A stretch of DNA of 32,000 bases, from the NCBI GenBank assembly GCA_016205145.1, contig JACQJH010000002.1, positions 510,001-542,000 of the forward strand, given 5' to 3'. The DNA is from Candidatus Iainarchaeum sp. (GTDB lineage Archaea > Iainarchaeota > Iainarchaeia > Iainarchaeales > JACQJH01). The notes beneath the pieces were generated by a model that made no database searches, was not told the origin of the DNA, and was given only the letters and a program-made list of their open reading frames with translations. Made by a program: the position numbers and the translations under genes. This document shows, in pieces, positions 1 through 7,211 of the stretch (position 1 is its first letter; each line of letters starts with the position of its first letter).

Positions 1-159
1 TTCGGCGACCGGGCACTTTACGATGCGCTTGAACTCGCTGTTATGCGCGCAGACAAAAAAAGGGTCCACAAGGACGGTCTTGCCGGAAAAGTTGAGTTTG
101 AAAAAAGCGTGGCCCAAAAACTGTACTTTCAGCGCCAAACAAACCACACCATTAATCAT
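1..159 (-). CDS. MBL-fold metal-dependent hydrolase, N-terminal fragment (gene runs off the window start)
   Basis: Reverse-strand translation is MINGVVCLALKVQFLGHAFFKLNFSGKTVLVDPFFVCAHNSEFKRIVKCPVAE. The pattern 'K.QFLGHAFF...G..VLVDPF' is the typical N-terminus of UPF0173/beta-lactamase-fold hydrolases. It is absent from the ORF track because fewer than 60 aa lie in the window. The start may be ATG 159 or TTG 138. Confidence 0.55.
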   Translation of the reverse strand, partial: MINGVVCLALKVQFLGHAFFKLNFSGKTVLVDPFFVCAHNSEFKRIVKCPVAE

Positions 160-201
160 ATTGAACCGAGAGGAATATTAATACCTACTTTTCCTGCAGG
201 C

Positions 202-400
202 AAAAAAAAGCAGATGGTTACTGGGCGAATGCGACGCACCGGAACCCCAAGATTCTGGACACGTCCAAAGCAGATGGGTATTGCATCAGCAATGCCCCAG
301 AATCCTAAGATTCTGGGCACGTCGCAAAATCCAAGATTTTGCGAAGTACCCGTCGTCGCTCCACGCAGCCGAAACTGCGTCCGGACGGAATCACCGGCTT
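202..400. ncRNA. Candidate structured RNA or regulatory leader in a 290-nt divergent intergenic region (strand unresolved)
   Basis: Back-to-back hairpins at 276-297 (GGGTATTGC-ATCA-GCAATGCCC), 296-317 (CCCAGAATC-CTAA-GATTCTGGG), 323-343 (CGCAAAATC-CAA-GATTTTGCG) and 363-380 (ACGCAG-CCGAAA-CTGCGT). There is a ~58-60 nt tandem duplication (208-267 / 268-327). An A8 run at 202-209 reads as T8 on the minus strand. TATA-like boxes lie at 173-184 and 408-422. Confidence 0.35.
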
Positions 401-450
401 GGAAAACTATTTATACAATAAATGCAGTTGAATTATCTGGGTGGATTGCA

Positions 451-1266
451 GTGGAATGTGCTGTTTTGAGCCGGCGGAAACTCTGCCTTGCAGTATTGTT
501 GCTTGCCGTCTTTTTCTCCGGGCTTGCGTTTGCCCAGTCCTATGAAATCCAAAAGCACGAAATAGAGATTACGCTCGGCGAAAACGGCGAAACCTCTGTT
601 GCCGAAAGGTATTACCTGGACTTTCCGAACAGCCTCCAGCTCGAGCGGTTCAAGCAGAAAAGCGAGGAACTCGGCGTCGACCTCCAGAAATGGAGGGAAT
701 TCGACCCGAACATCAGGGTTTTCATCGGCGGCGAGGAGGATGTGAGAAGCGGGGTGCTCAGCTTTGACGGCGCGAAAAAGTTTTTGCAGCTGAGCTACGG
801 CCTTGAAACCCCGGTCGTTTCAAAGACAAGCGAAACCGGCAGGATAACGACGTTCGAACTCAAAAAAAGCGCGCTCAAGGACTTCCGGACAGGGGACACG
901 ACTGTCATTCCGGCAGGAACAAGCATAAAAATCAATTTCCCGAAGAATTCGGAAATAATCCAGCCGGTCCAGCCTGCCGCAAAAACAAGCGGCGATTCAA
1001 TCCAATGGACTGGCTATACGCGCTCGAACGCAGTCACGTTGTCATACAGGGTTTTCAAGGAGATTGCGCCGCAGTTCGAGCTGTCCGGCCTGCTCAAAGG
1101 CGCATTCGCAAGCAACGTCTTTCCGCTTGTAGTGCTTTTTGTCATCATCGTGAGCGCGATCGCTTATTCAAGGCGCAGGGCAATCGCGGACCGGATCGAG
1201 GAATACGTTGTAGAGCACTCCGACTTGGAAGAGGAAACCTTCGAACAGGAAGAGGAAAACCAGTAG
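451..1266 (+). CDS. Secreted / membrane-anchored protein of unknown function (signal peptide, C-terminal TM helix, acidic tail)
   Basis: This is ORF 43..1266 trimmed. The part before 451 overlaps the divergent gene and the hairpin region and looks non-protein-like. GTG 451 (or TTG 466) precedes the signal-like segment SRRKLCLAVLLLAVFFSGLAFAQS. An AT-rich box at 408-422 lies ~25 nt upstream of 451. The C-terminus has VFPLVVLFVIIVSAIAY followed by a Glu-rich tail. Confidence 0.6.
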   Translation: MECAVLSRRKLCLAVLLLAVFFSGLAFAQSYEIQKHEIEITLGENGETSVAERYYLDFPNSLQLERFKQKSEELGVDLQKWREFDPNIRVFIGGEEDVRSGVLSFDGAKKFLQLSYGLETPVVSKTSETGRITTFELKKSALKDFRTGDTTVIPAGTSIKINFPKNSEIIQPVQPAAKTSGDSIQWTGYTRSNAVTLSYRVFKEIAPQFELSGLLKGAFASNVFPLVVLFVIIVSAIAYSRRRAIADRIEEYVVEHSDLEEETFEQEEENQ

Positions 1267-1294
1267 GCCCTGCCTTCAAGACCGCTGCTGAAGT

Positions 1295-1492
1295 TCAGCT
1301 TCCGATTTGTTCCAGTGAAAACGACGCGAAAAGCACGTTCGCCAGTATCCAGAAAAAAGCGACCGCGATTCCAAAACCGGTGAAGGCGGAGCTTTTCATG
1401 AAGCCGTGGCCTGCCCAGCCGAAAAGCACGGCGATTGCGTAAAGCAGCATGAGGAAAAAAAGCGACTGCACTGCGTTGCGTAGAAAGTTCAT
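1295..1492 (-). CDS. Small membrane protein (65 aa, two hydrophobic segments)
   Basis: ATG ORF. A GAGGCGG Shine-Dalgarno-like motif sits ~7 nt upstream. It lies 9 nt downstream of the preceding minus-strand gene and is the last gene of a four-gene membrane-protein string. Confidence 0.5.
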   Translation of the reverse strand: MNFLRNAVQSLFFLMLLYAIAVLFGWAGHGFMKSSAFTGFGIAVAFFWILANVLFASFSLEQIGS

Positions 1493-1501
1493 CGGGCCGC
1501 C

Positions 1502-1873
1502 TCAGAAGTTTATCCAGATGTTGTAAACGATTATGAGGAAAATCGCGGAGAATGCCACGACAAGGGGAAGGTAGGGCCTCAGCACGTCCACGTTTTCCGT
1601 GAAAATCGCGGTCGACATCCTTGTCAGGTACATCAGCGACAGGAAGGCGGCGGTGAAATAGACAAAGCCCGTGAAAGTGATGAAGTCGAAGAAGACTATG
1701 AAAAGGAAGCCGTAGAGGATTGCGCCCATTGCGAAGTTTTTGCCGCTGAAAAGATAGTATGAGCCGGCGAGAAAGCCAAAAACCCAAATAATGTTGTTGG
1801 CGAAGAACAGGAAGATGTAGCCCAGGTCGAAAGCGAGAAGGTGCATCACCAAATCGAGGAAAACGAACGCCAT
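1502..1873 (-). CDS. Membrane protein (123 aa), tandem paralog of 2037..2444
   Basis: ORF 1502..2245 trimmed to the internal ATG at 1873. MAFVFLDLVMHLLAFDLGYIFLFFANNIIWVFGFLAGSYYLFSGKNF aligns with VVVFLEILWHLLSFDLGWLFVFMMNNLLWVFAFLALAFFVAGGKNF of the upstream gene. The discarded N-terminal 124 aa are Ser/Pro/Cys-rich and non-protein-like. Confidence 0.6.
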   Translation of the reverse strand: MAFVFLDLVMHLLAFDLGYIFLFFANNIIWVFGFLAGSYYLFSGKNFAMGAILYGFLFIVFFDFITFTGFVYFTAAFLSLMYLTRMSTAIFTENVDVLRPYLPLVVAFSAIFLIIVYNIWINF

Positions 1874-1875
1874 GG

Positions 1876-2040
1876 TCACACCTTTATCAGCAGGCTCTCC
1901 ACAAGCACCAGGAAGAAAACCACGATCAGTCCGGGCAGAGAGAAAAGCGCGTCCGCCACTATCCTGAAGAACAGCGCGTTGATCGCCGCCGCGGCCGCAA
2001 AAATCATTATTGTCCAGATGAGGATGTTGGCGAGGTTCAT
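1876..2040 (-). CDS. 54-aa hydrophobic protein, below the ORF-track length cutoff
   Basis: Hand translation is MNLANILIWTIMIFAAAAAINALFFRIVADALFSLPGLIVVFFLVLVESLLIKV. Its ATG overlaps the upstream stop (ATGA at 2037-2040). Its TGA ends 2 nt before the next gene's ATG (1873). It exactly fills the gap between the two paralogs. Confidence 0.45.
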   Translation of the reverse strand: MNLANILIWTIMIFAAAAAINALFFRIVADALFSLPGLIVVFFLVLVESLLIKV

Positions 2041-2444
2041 ATCCTGATCCACCCCAGGAGCAAGGCGACGTTGAAGAGGATGAAGAAGCCGAAAGCGAAA
2101 ACCTCGTTCCAGAGCACAAGGCTGCCGGACATTTCGGCATTGCTTTCAACGAAGTTGAGGAATGAAATCTTGGCCATGTAGTTGAGGAGCAGGAATCCTC
2201 CGACAAGGAAAACCCAGCCTGAAAGGAAGGCGAAGGAATCCACAAGCGCGATTGAAAGGAAAATCAGCAGGCCTGCATACACGAAATTTTTTCCTCCGGC
2301 AACAAAAAAGGCGAGCGCAAGGAACGCGAAAACCCAGAGAAGGTTGTTCATCATGAAGACGAATAGCCAGCCGAGGTCGAAGGAAAGCAGGTGCCAAAGG
2401 ATTTCCAGAAACACGACAACCGTAAAAAAATAGCCCAAAACCAC
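2037..2444 (-). CDS. Membrane protein (135 aa), tandem paralog of 1502..1873
   Basis: GTG start at 2444. The protein has four or more hydrophobic segments and shares the HLL(S/A)FDLG..F.F..NN..WVF.FLA motif with the downstream paralog. An AT-rich box lies immediately upstream. Confidence 0.6.
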   Translation of the reverse strand: MVLGYFFTVVVFLEILWHLLSFDLGWLFVFMMNNLLWVFAFLALAFFVAGGKNFVYAGLLIFLSIALVDSFAFLSGWVFLVGGFLLLNYMAKISFLNFVESNAEMSGSLVLWNEVFAFGFFILFNVALLLGWIRI

Positions 2445-2561
2445 CTTAAATAGTTAACTAATTAATCAAATATAGTTATTGGCTGACCTGGCCGATTGCC
2501 AGAAACCAGCCAAAAACAAAGGCTTAAATTTAGTTATATTGATATAATTATTTGGTTTTTT

Positions 2562-2783
2562 ATGGCTGAAATCACGGCACAGGTAAAGGAATGGGGGAAG
2601 TCTCTCGGCATAATCATACCGAAAAAGTCCGCGGACAGGGAAAAAATAAGGGCCGGCGACAAGGTAAGGGTATTGCTGCTCAGGCAGGCCAATCCGTTGC
2701 AGGAAACTTTCGGCATCGCCAAATTTTCGAAAAGCACGAAGGAAATACTTGACGAAGTCGATAAAGAGGCCTGGGATGCCTGA
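2562..2783 (+). CDS. vapB: AbrB/SpoVT-fold antitoxin (VapB-like)
   Basis: ORF 2496..2783 trimmed to ATG 2562. MAEITAQVKEWGKSLGIIIPKKSADREKIRAGDKVRVLL matches the swapped-hairpin 'v.kwG.S.g..iPk......l..Gd.v' pattern. It overlaps the PIN gene by 8 nt (ATGCCTGA). Confidence 0.65.
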   Translation: MAEITAQVKEWGKSLGIIIPKKSADREKIRAGDKVRVLLLRQANPLQETFGIAKFSKSTKEILDEVDKEAWDA

Positions 2784-3138
2784 AAACCTTTTCTTTTTCG
2801 ACACCTACGCGTTCTTTGAAATTCTCGCGGGCAATCCGGCTTACAAAAGGTTTGAGTCGGCCGACGCCATAACCACTATTTTCAACCTCGCCGAACTGAA
2901 CTTTGCCCTGAAAAGGGAGGGCAAGGGCTTTGCAGACAAGATAACCAAAAAATACGAAGTCCTGCTTGTGGACGTCACAGCCGAAGACGTCTGCGAAGCA
3001 ATGGACTTGCGCATGAAAAACAGAAAACTGTCCATTCCCGACGCAATCGGCTACACCGTGGCAAAACGGCATGGCGCAAAATTCCTGACCGGGGACATGC
3101 AGTTTGAAAAAATGCCCGACACGGAATTCGTGAAATGA
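2776..3138 (+). CDS. vapC: PIN-domain toxin (VapC-like ribonuclease)
   Basis: ORF 2749..3138 trimmed to ATG 2776. The PIN acidic residues occur in the usual order: FFDTYAF, LAELN, IPDAIGY, LTGD. It is coupled to the upstream AbrB-type gene. Confidence 0.8.
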   Translation: MPENLFFFDTYAFFEILAGNPAYKRFESADAITTIFNLAELNFALKREGKGFADKITKKYEVLLVDVTAEDVCEAMDLRMKNRKLSIPDAIGYTVAKRHGAKFLTGDMQFEKMPDTEFVK

Positions 3139-3139
3139 C

Positions 3140-3562
3140 TCAGGCTTGGGCGCGCTTTTTGCCGAAAACCCGGAGCTTTTTGATTTTGCCCTGGAAGGCA
3201 GGTTCAAACGGCAGTTTGAGCAGTTTCAAAAAGTTCTGCACCAGAAAGTCGTCCGTGACGACAGAAAAAGAAGCGCCTTCCGCCTTCAAATCCATGGCCA
3301 GCGCGACAACGCAAAGGTCTGCTTTGCTGAGCTTGAAATAGTTTTTTTCCTTTGCAATCGCAGCCGCCTTCAGCAGGCTTTCTTTTGAAGGGTCGCGCAC
3401 AAAAAGGCTGCCCTGCCTCATGCCAGTTTCAGCAACGCTTTTGGCGCGGAAATCCTTAAGTTCGTCAAGGCACACGTTCGCCATCACGTACTTTTCATTT
3501 TCGCGCAACTCGAAGTTCAAATCATTGATTATGGCGGAAGAATCGAGAAGGTAAAGCATCAA
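3140..3562 (-). CDS. PIN-domain protein, Nob1-like, without a zinc ribbon
   Basis: MMLYLLDSSAII... and ...VVTDDFLVQN resemble the archaeal Nob1-type PIN domain ('LD.SA.I', 'TDD..vQN'). No CxxC pairs are present. The gene is convergent with vapC, leaving only 1 nt between the stop codons. Confidence 0.6.
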   Translation of the reverse strand: MMLYLLDSSAIINDLNFELRENEKYVMANVCLDELKDFRAKSVAETGMRQGSLFVRDPSKESLLKAAAIAKEKNYFKLSKADLCVVALAMDLKAEGASFSVVTDDFLVQNFLKLLKLPFEPAFQGKIKKLRVFGKKRAQA

Positions 3563-3616
3563 AGAAAGCTTATTAAAAAAAGGCTTTATATTATAGTGTT
3601 TTAACCCGGTGAAAAA

Positions 3617-5089
3617 ATGGAAAGCATCGAAGGCACTGCAAGGGCTTTGAGCGAAATCGAAAGGAAGGCGCTCAAACAGCTTGCCGGCGGAAAGGAAAAA
3701 ACCGAGGAAACCGTTTGCTCGGAAGGCGGCATCAACATCGACTCAGTGCGGAGGGCGTTTGCCTGGCTGCAGCAGAAAGGCCTGATTGGGGTCAGGGAAG
3801 AAAAGGCACGCTCGGCCGAACTCACTCCCGCGGGAAAGGACTGCCTTGAAAAAGGCCTGCCCGAAAAAAGGCTTTTGAACTCGGTCCGGAAAAGCGGCGG
3901 AAAGCTTGCAATGAAGGACGCGCTTGCAAAAAGCGGCCTTGGAAAAGCCGAATTCGGATTCGCGCTCGGATGGAACAAGGCGAAAGCGTTCATCATGGTC
4001 TTGCCCTCGGAGCAGGGCCCGGTGCTCGAACTCACGGAAGTCGCAAAAGAATTCGCGCAAAAAAAATCCGCTGAAGAGCAGGCGCTTGAAGCAATTGAAA
4101 CAGGCAGTATGCCGGAACAGGAAATTCTCGCAGAATTGGTGAAAAGGGGCATCTGCCAGGAGAAGGAAACTACGACGCGCACCGCCAAAATCAGCGATGC
4201 CGGCAGAAAGGCGCTTGAAATAATCGAAGGCAAAAGCGCCGCGGAAAGAACTTACAACATTTTCGACCCTGTGCCGAGAATGCTTGCCGGCAAAAGGCAG
4301 CCTTACATCCAGTTCCTTTCGCAGATCCGCAGGAAACTCGTCGAACTCGGCTTCCGGGAAATGCCCACCCGCTTAGTCGAACTGGAATTCTACAATTTCG
4401 ACGTTTTGTTCCAGCCGCAGAACCATCCCGCGCGCACCTGGACCGACACTTACCAGCTCAAGCGGCCGGTGCAGGGAAAACTGCCGGACAAGAAACTGGT
4501 TGCATTGGTGAAACAGGCGCACGAAAGCGGCGGAAAAACGAAAAGTGCCGGGTGGAAATACGGCTGGAGCGAACAAATCGCGCAAAGGCTCATGCCATGC
4601 GCGCACGGCACTGCCGCATCTGCAAGGCAGGTTGCAGGCGGAGTGGAAGTGCCGGGAAAATACTTTGCATTGGCGCGCTGTTACAGGCCCGATGTTGTCG
4701 ATGCGACGCATTTGAACGAGTTCAACCAGATGGAAGGCTTCATTGTCGACGAGAGCTTCAATTTCAGGCACCTGCTTGGAATGCTGAAACAGTTTGCAAC
4801 CGAAATCGCGGGCGCGGAAGAAGTCAAATTTTATCCCGATTACTATCCTTTCACCGAACCATCGGTTCAGCTTTCCGCAAAGCACCCTACGCTTGGCTGG
4901 ATTGAATTCGGCGGAGCCGGCATTTTCAGGCCGGAATTCACCGAACAGTTGGGAGTGAAAGGAAAATGCCTTGCATGGGGCCTCGGCATCGACAGGCTGG
5001 CAATGTTCAAGCTCGGAATCAAGGACATTCGCCAATTGTTTTCAACGGATTTGGAATGGCTGCGGAACGAAAAGATGGTGAGAGTTTGA
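3617..5089 (+). CDS. pheS: Phenylalanine--tRNA ligase alpha subunit (archaeal type)
   Basis: 490 aa. Class II aaRS motif 2 is YRPDVVDATHLNEFNQMEG and motif 3 is AWGLGIDRLAMF. There is an N-terminal winged-helix-like extension. An AT-rich box (CTTTATATTATAG) lies upstream. Confidence 0.95.
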   Translation: MESIEGTARALSEIERKALKQLAGGKEKTEETVCSEGGINIDSVRRAFAWLQQKGLIGVREEKARSAELTPAGKDCLEKGLPEKRLLNSVRKSGGKLAMKDALAKSGLGKAEFGFALGWNKAKAFIMVLPSEQGPVLELTEVAKEFAQKKSAEEQALEAIETGSMPEQEILAELVKRGICQEKETTTRTAKISDAGRKALEIIEGKSAAERTYNIFDPVPRMLAGKRQPYIQFLSQIRRKLVELGFREMPTRLVELEFYNFDVLFQPQNHPARTWTDTYQLKRPVQGKLPDKKLVALVKQAHESGGKTKSAGWKYGWSEQIAQRLMPCAHGTAASARQVAGGVEVPGKYFALARCYRPDVVDATHLNEFNQMEGFIVDESFNFRHLLGMLKQFATEIAGAEEVKFYPDYYPFTEPSVQLSAKHPTLGWIEFGGAGIFRPEFTEQLGVKGKCLAWGLGIDRLAMFKLGIKDIRQLFSTDLEWLRNEKMVRV

Positions 5090-5526
5090 CGAAGGAACCT
5101 GGCAGGCGAGTCAAACACCTTCCGTCAACGCAACTCAATGCAGAACTTGGCAGGACAGCGCAAACATTGCGAGAATTGAGCGAAGACCCGTTCCAGGGAA
5201 ACGGGACAATTGTTGCAGAAAACCTGAGAGCGTTGGCCGAACTGTGGGCGGAGTATAATGCAAGGAACCATGTTGTCAGGATAAGAAACCCGGAACTTGA
5301 AGCAATGGTTATCAACACGGTCGGCGAAGTTCTGGGAACATATCGCAACACCCGTCAACTGATAGCTTTAGAGAACACTTGGGGAATAAGGTTCGGGACG
5401 CATTCCGACATGGCGAGGGCCACAGAGCAGGCGCAAAACCACGGAGCCGCGCCGCGAAAGTCTTGGAGAGAAAGGCTAAAGCGGGTTGCCGGAAAAATTC
5501 TGCCGCACAGGAACCTGGGGAAGTGA
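5086..5526 (+). CDS. Hypothetical protein wedged between pheS and pheT (146 aa from TTG 5086; 156 aa from the alternative ATG 5056)
   Basis: This is the frame of ORF 4966..5526. TTG 5086 overlaps the pheS stop (TTGA), the same junction type used in the pilin operon. The stop lies 5 nt before the pheT ATG. The sequence looks helical (ENLRALAELWAEYNARNHVVRIRNPELEAMVINTVGEVLGTYRN) with a basic C-terminus. I recognise no family. Confidence 0.45.
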   Translation: MTKEPGRRVKHLPSTQLNAELGRTAQTLRELSEDPFQGNGTIVAENLRALAELWAEYNARNHVVRIRNPELEAMVINTVGEVLGTYRNTRQLIALENTWGIRFGTHSDMARATEQAQNHGAAPRKSWRERLKRVAGKILPHRNLGK

Positions 5527-5531
5527 AAAAA

Positions 5532-7211
5532 ATGCCCACACTTGAAATCTCAAAATCCGATTTGGAAAGCCTTTGCGGAAAAAAGTTTTCGCCTGCCGAG
5601 CTGGAAGAGGCATTGCTTTGCGTGAAAGGCGAACTGGAATTAGTTGAGGGTGACAGGCTGCGCGTTGACGTCAAGGAAACCAACCGCCCGGACTTCTGGA
5701 GCACGGAGGGAATTGCGAGGCAGGTAAAAGGTTTTTTGGGAAAGGAAAAGGGCCTGCCAAAATTTTCCGTCAAAAAGGGAAGGGTTGAAATCTTTGTTGA
5801 CAAAAGCGTTGAAAAAATCCGCCCGAAAATCGCGGGCGCGGTCGTCTGGGACGTGAAGGTAACGCCGAAACTGCTTGAGCAGATGATCCAATTGCAGGAA
5901 AAGGTCACGCTCACTTTCGGCAGGCGCAGGAAAGAGGCTGCGATCGGATTGTACGATTTTGACAGGATGAAGCCGCCAATACATTACAAGGCATTCCATC
6001 CGAGAAAGCTGAAATTCACTCCGCTTGACTTCAAAAACGAATTGGACTTGGACGAGATTCTGGAATTGCACCCCAAAGGCAGGGAATACGCGCACCTTCT
6101 CAAGGACTTTCCTGCTTATCCGATTGTCATCGATTCCGCGAAAAATGTTGCAAGCATGCCGCCGGTAATCAACTCCGATTTCACGGGCAAGGTCACTGAA
6201 AATACAAGAAACCTGTTTGTCGAAGTTACAGGTTCCGACCAGAACGCGGTGAACGTCGCGTTATGCGTGATGGTTTCCGCCTTGGCGGACAGGAAAGGCA
6301 TTGTTGAAAGCGTTTCCGTGAAATACGGGAACAAAAAAATCGTTACACCTGACTTTTCCCCGAAAAAAATTCTGATAGGGCTGGATTACATCAACGATAT
6401 TTCCGGCCTCGAACTTTCGCAGAAGCAGGCAATCGAACTGCTCAAAAAAAGCCGCGTGGACGCGAAACCGAAAGGCAAAAGCATCGAAGTTTCGTATCCT
6501 TCTTTCAGGCAGGACATACTGCATCCGGTCGATGTGGCAGAGGACATAATTGTTGCGTTCGGATACAACAAAATAAATCCGCTGCCGGTGAATGTTCCGA
6601 CGATTGGCGCGGAAATGCAGGAAGCGAAACTGCATGAAATTGCCAGGGAAATTTGCGTCGGATTGTGCCTGCAGGAAGTCCTCACGTTTACCTTGACGTC
6701 AAGGGAAAAGCAGGAGAAACTGATGGGGCTCAAGGGCGAAAGCTTTTCGGAAAAGCTTGCAAAAGAGGCCATGGGCGAAAGCTTTGTCGAAATCCTCAAC
6801 CCGGTTTCCGAAAACTGGGCCGTTTACAGGAAAATGCTTGTGCCGGAACTGCTCGACTTCCTGGCAAAAAACAAGAACGTCGAATACCCGCAGAGGATAT
6901 TTGAAATCGGAAAGGTTGTCAGCGAAAACCCGGAGAACGACAACGGAGTCGAGGAAAGAAATGTTCTGGCGGTTGCGATTGCAGGCCGCAAAACCAATTT
7001 CACTGAAATAAAGTCACTGCTCGAGGCAGTATGCTCAAACCTGGGCGTGAAGTGCCGGCTCGCGGAATCAAAAAGGGGGTTCCTCAGGAAGGGCATGTCC
7101 GCGGAAATAACGGTTGAAGGAAAAAAAGGGTTTTTAGGCGAAGTCTCGGAGGAAACCCTGAAAGCCTTCGGGTTGGAGATGCCGGCAACGGTACTGGAAA
7201 TGGAAATCTAA
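5532..7211 (+). CDS. pheT: Phenylalanine--tRNA ligase beta subunit (archaeal type)
   Basis: ORF 5379..7211 trimmed to ATG 5532 (MPTLEISKSDLESL...). At 559 aa it has the typical archaeal length. It carries B3/4- and B5-like segments (RPDFWSTEGIARQ, PPVINS, SFRQDILHPVDVAEDI). Confidence 0.93.
   Translation: MPTLEISKSDLESLCGKKFSPAELEEALLCVKGELELVEGDRLRVDVKETNRPDFWSTEGIARQVKGFLGKEKGLPKFSVKKGRVEIFVDKSVEKIRPKIAGAVVWDVKVTPKLLEQMIQLQEKVTLTFGRRRKEAAIGLYDFDRMKPPIHYKAFHPRKLKFTPLDFKNELDLDEILELHPKGREYAHLLKDFPAYPIVIDSAKNVASMPPVINSDFTGKVTENTRNLFVEVTGSDQNAVNVALCVMVSALADRKGIVESVSVKYGNKKIVTPDFSPKKILIGLDYINDISGLELSQKQAIELLKKSRVDAKPKGKSIEVSYPSFRQDILHPVDVAEDIIVAFGYNKINPLPVNVPTIGAEMQEAKLHEIAREICVGLCLQEVLTFTLTSREKQEKLMGLKGESFSEKLAKEAMGESFVEILNPVSENWAVYRKMLVPELLDFLAKNKNVEYPQRIFEIGKVVSENPENDNGVEERNVLAVAIAGRKTNFTEIKSLLEAVCSNLGVKCRLAESKRGFLRKGMSAEITVEGKKGFLGEVSEETLKAFGLEMPATVLEMEI

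Noticed and set aside
381-398. Similarity of GCCGG(TGA)TTCCGTCCGG (minus strand of 381-398) to c1 14170-14184 (GCCGGTTCCGTCCGG) as evidence that locus 202-400 is a third full member of the c1/c2 family
   Set aside because: This is only a ~15-nt match. It is on the strand opposite to the one favoured by the G.U pair in hairpin 276-297, and its order relative to the other hairpins differs. The loci share the hairpin motif but are not demonstrably homologous overall.
43-450. N-terminal 136 codons of ORF 43..1266, which would give a 407-aa protein
   Set aside because: This part overlaps the divergent MBL-hydrolase gene and the hairpin and tandem-repeat region. Its translation is Arg/Pro/Thr-rich and unlike the rest of the protein. 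A signal peptide with a GTG or TTG start and a TATA-like box fit a start at 451/466.
1874-2245. Upstream 124 codons of ORF 1502..2245
   Set aside because: The translation is non-protein-like (SSSSSTSPCSWGGSG…). The paralog alignment begins at the internal Met (1873). The region is better explained by the 54-aa ORF and the 3' end of gene 2037..2444 in other frames.
2776-2783. Identical 8-nt junction ATGCCTGA at vapB/vapC (2776-2783) and at the pilin junction (17443-17450) as a possible shared element
   Set aside because: The flanking sequence is unrelated. An 8-mer recurring once in 32 kb in the same functional context (start/stop overlap) is plausibly coincidence.
5379-5531. N-terminal 51 codons of ORF 5379..7211 as part of pheT
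   Set aside because: Archaeal PheT starts at 'MP.L......L', which ATG 5532 matches. The upstream codons overlap the better-supported orfX frame and are Arg/Ala/Lys-rich filler.
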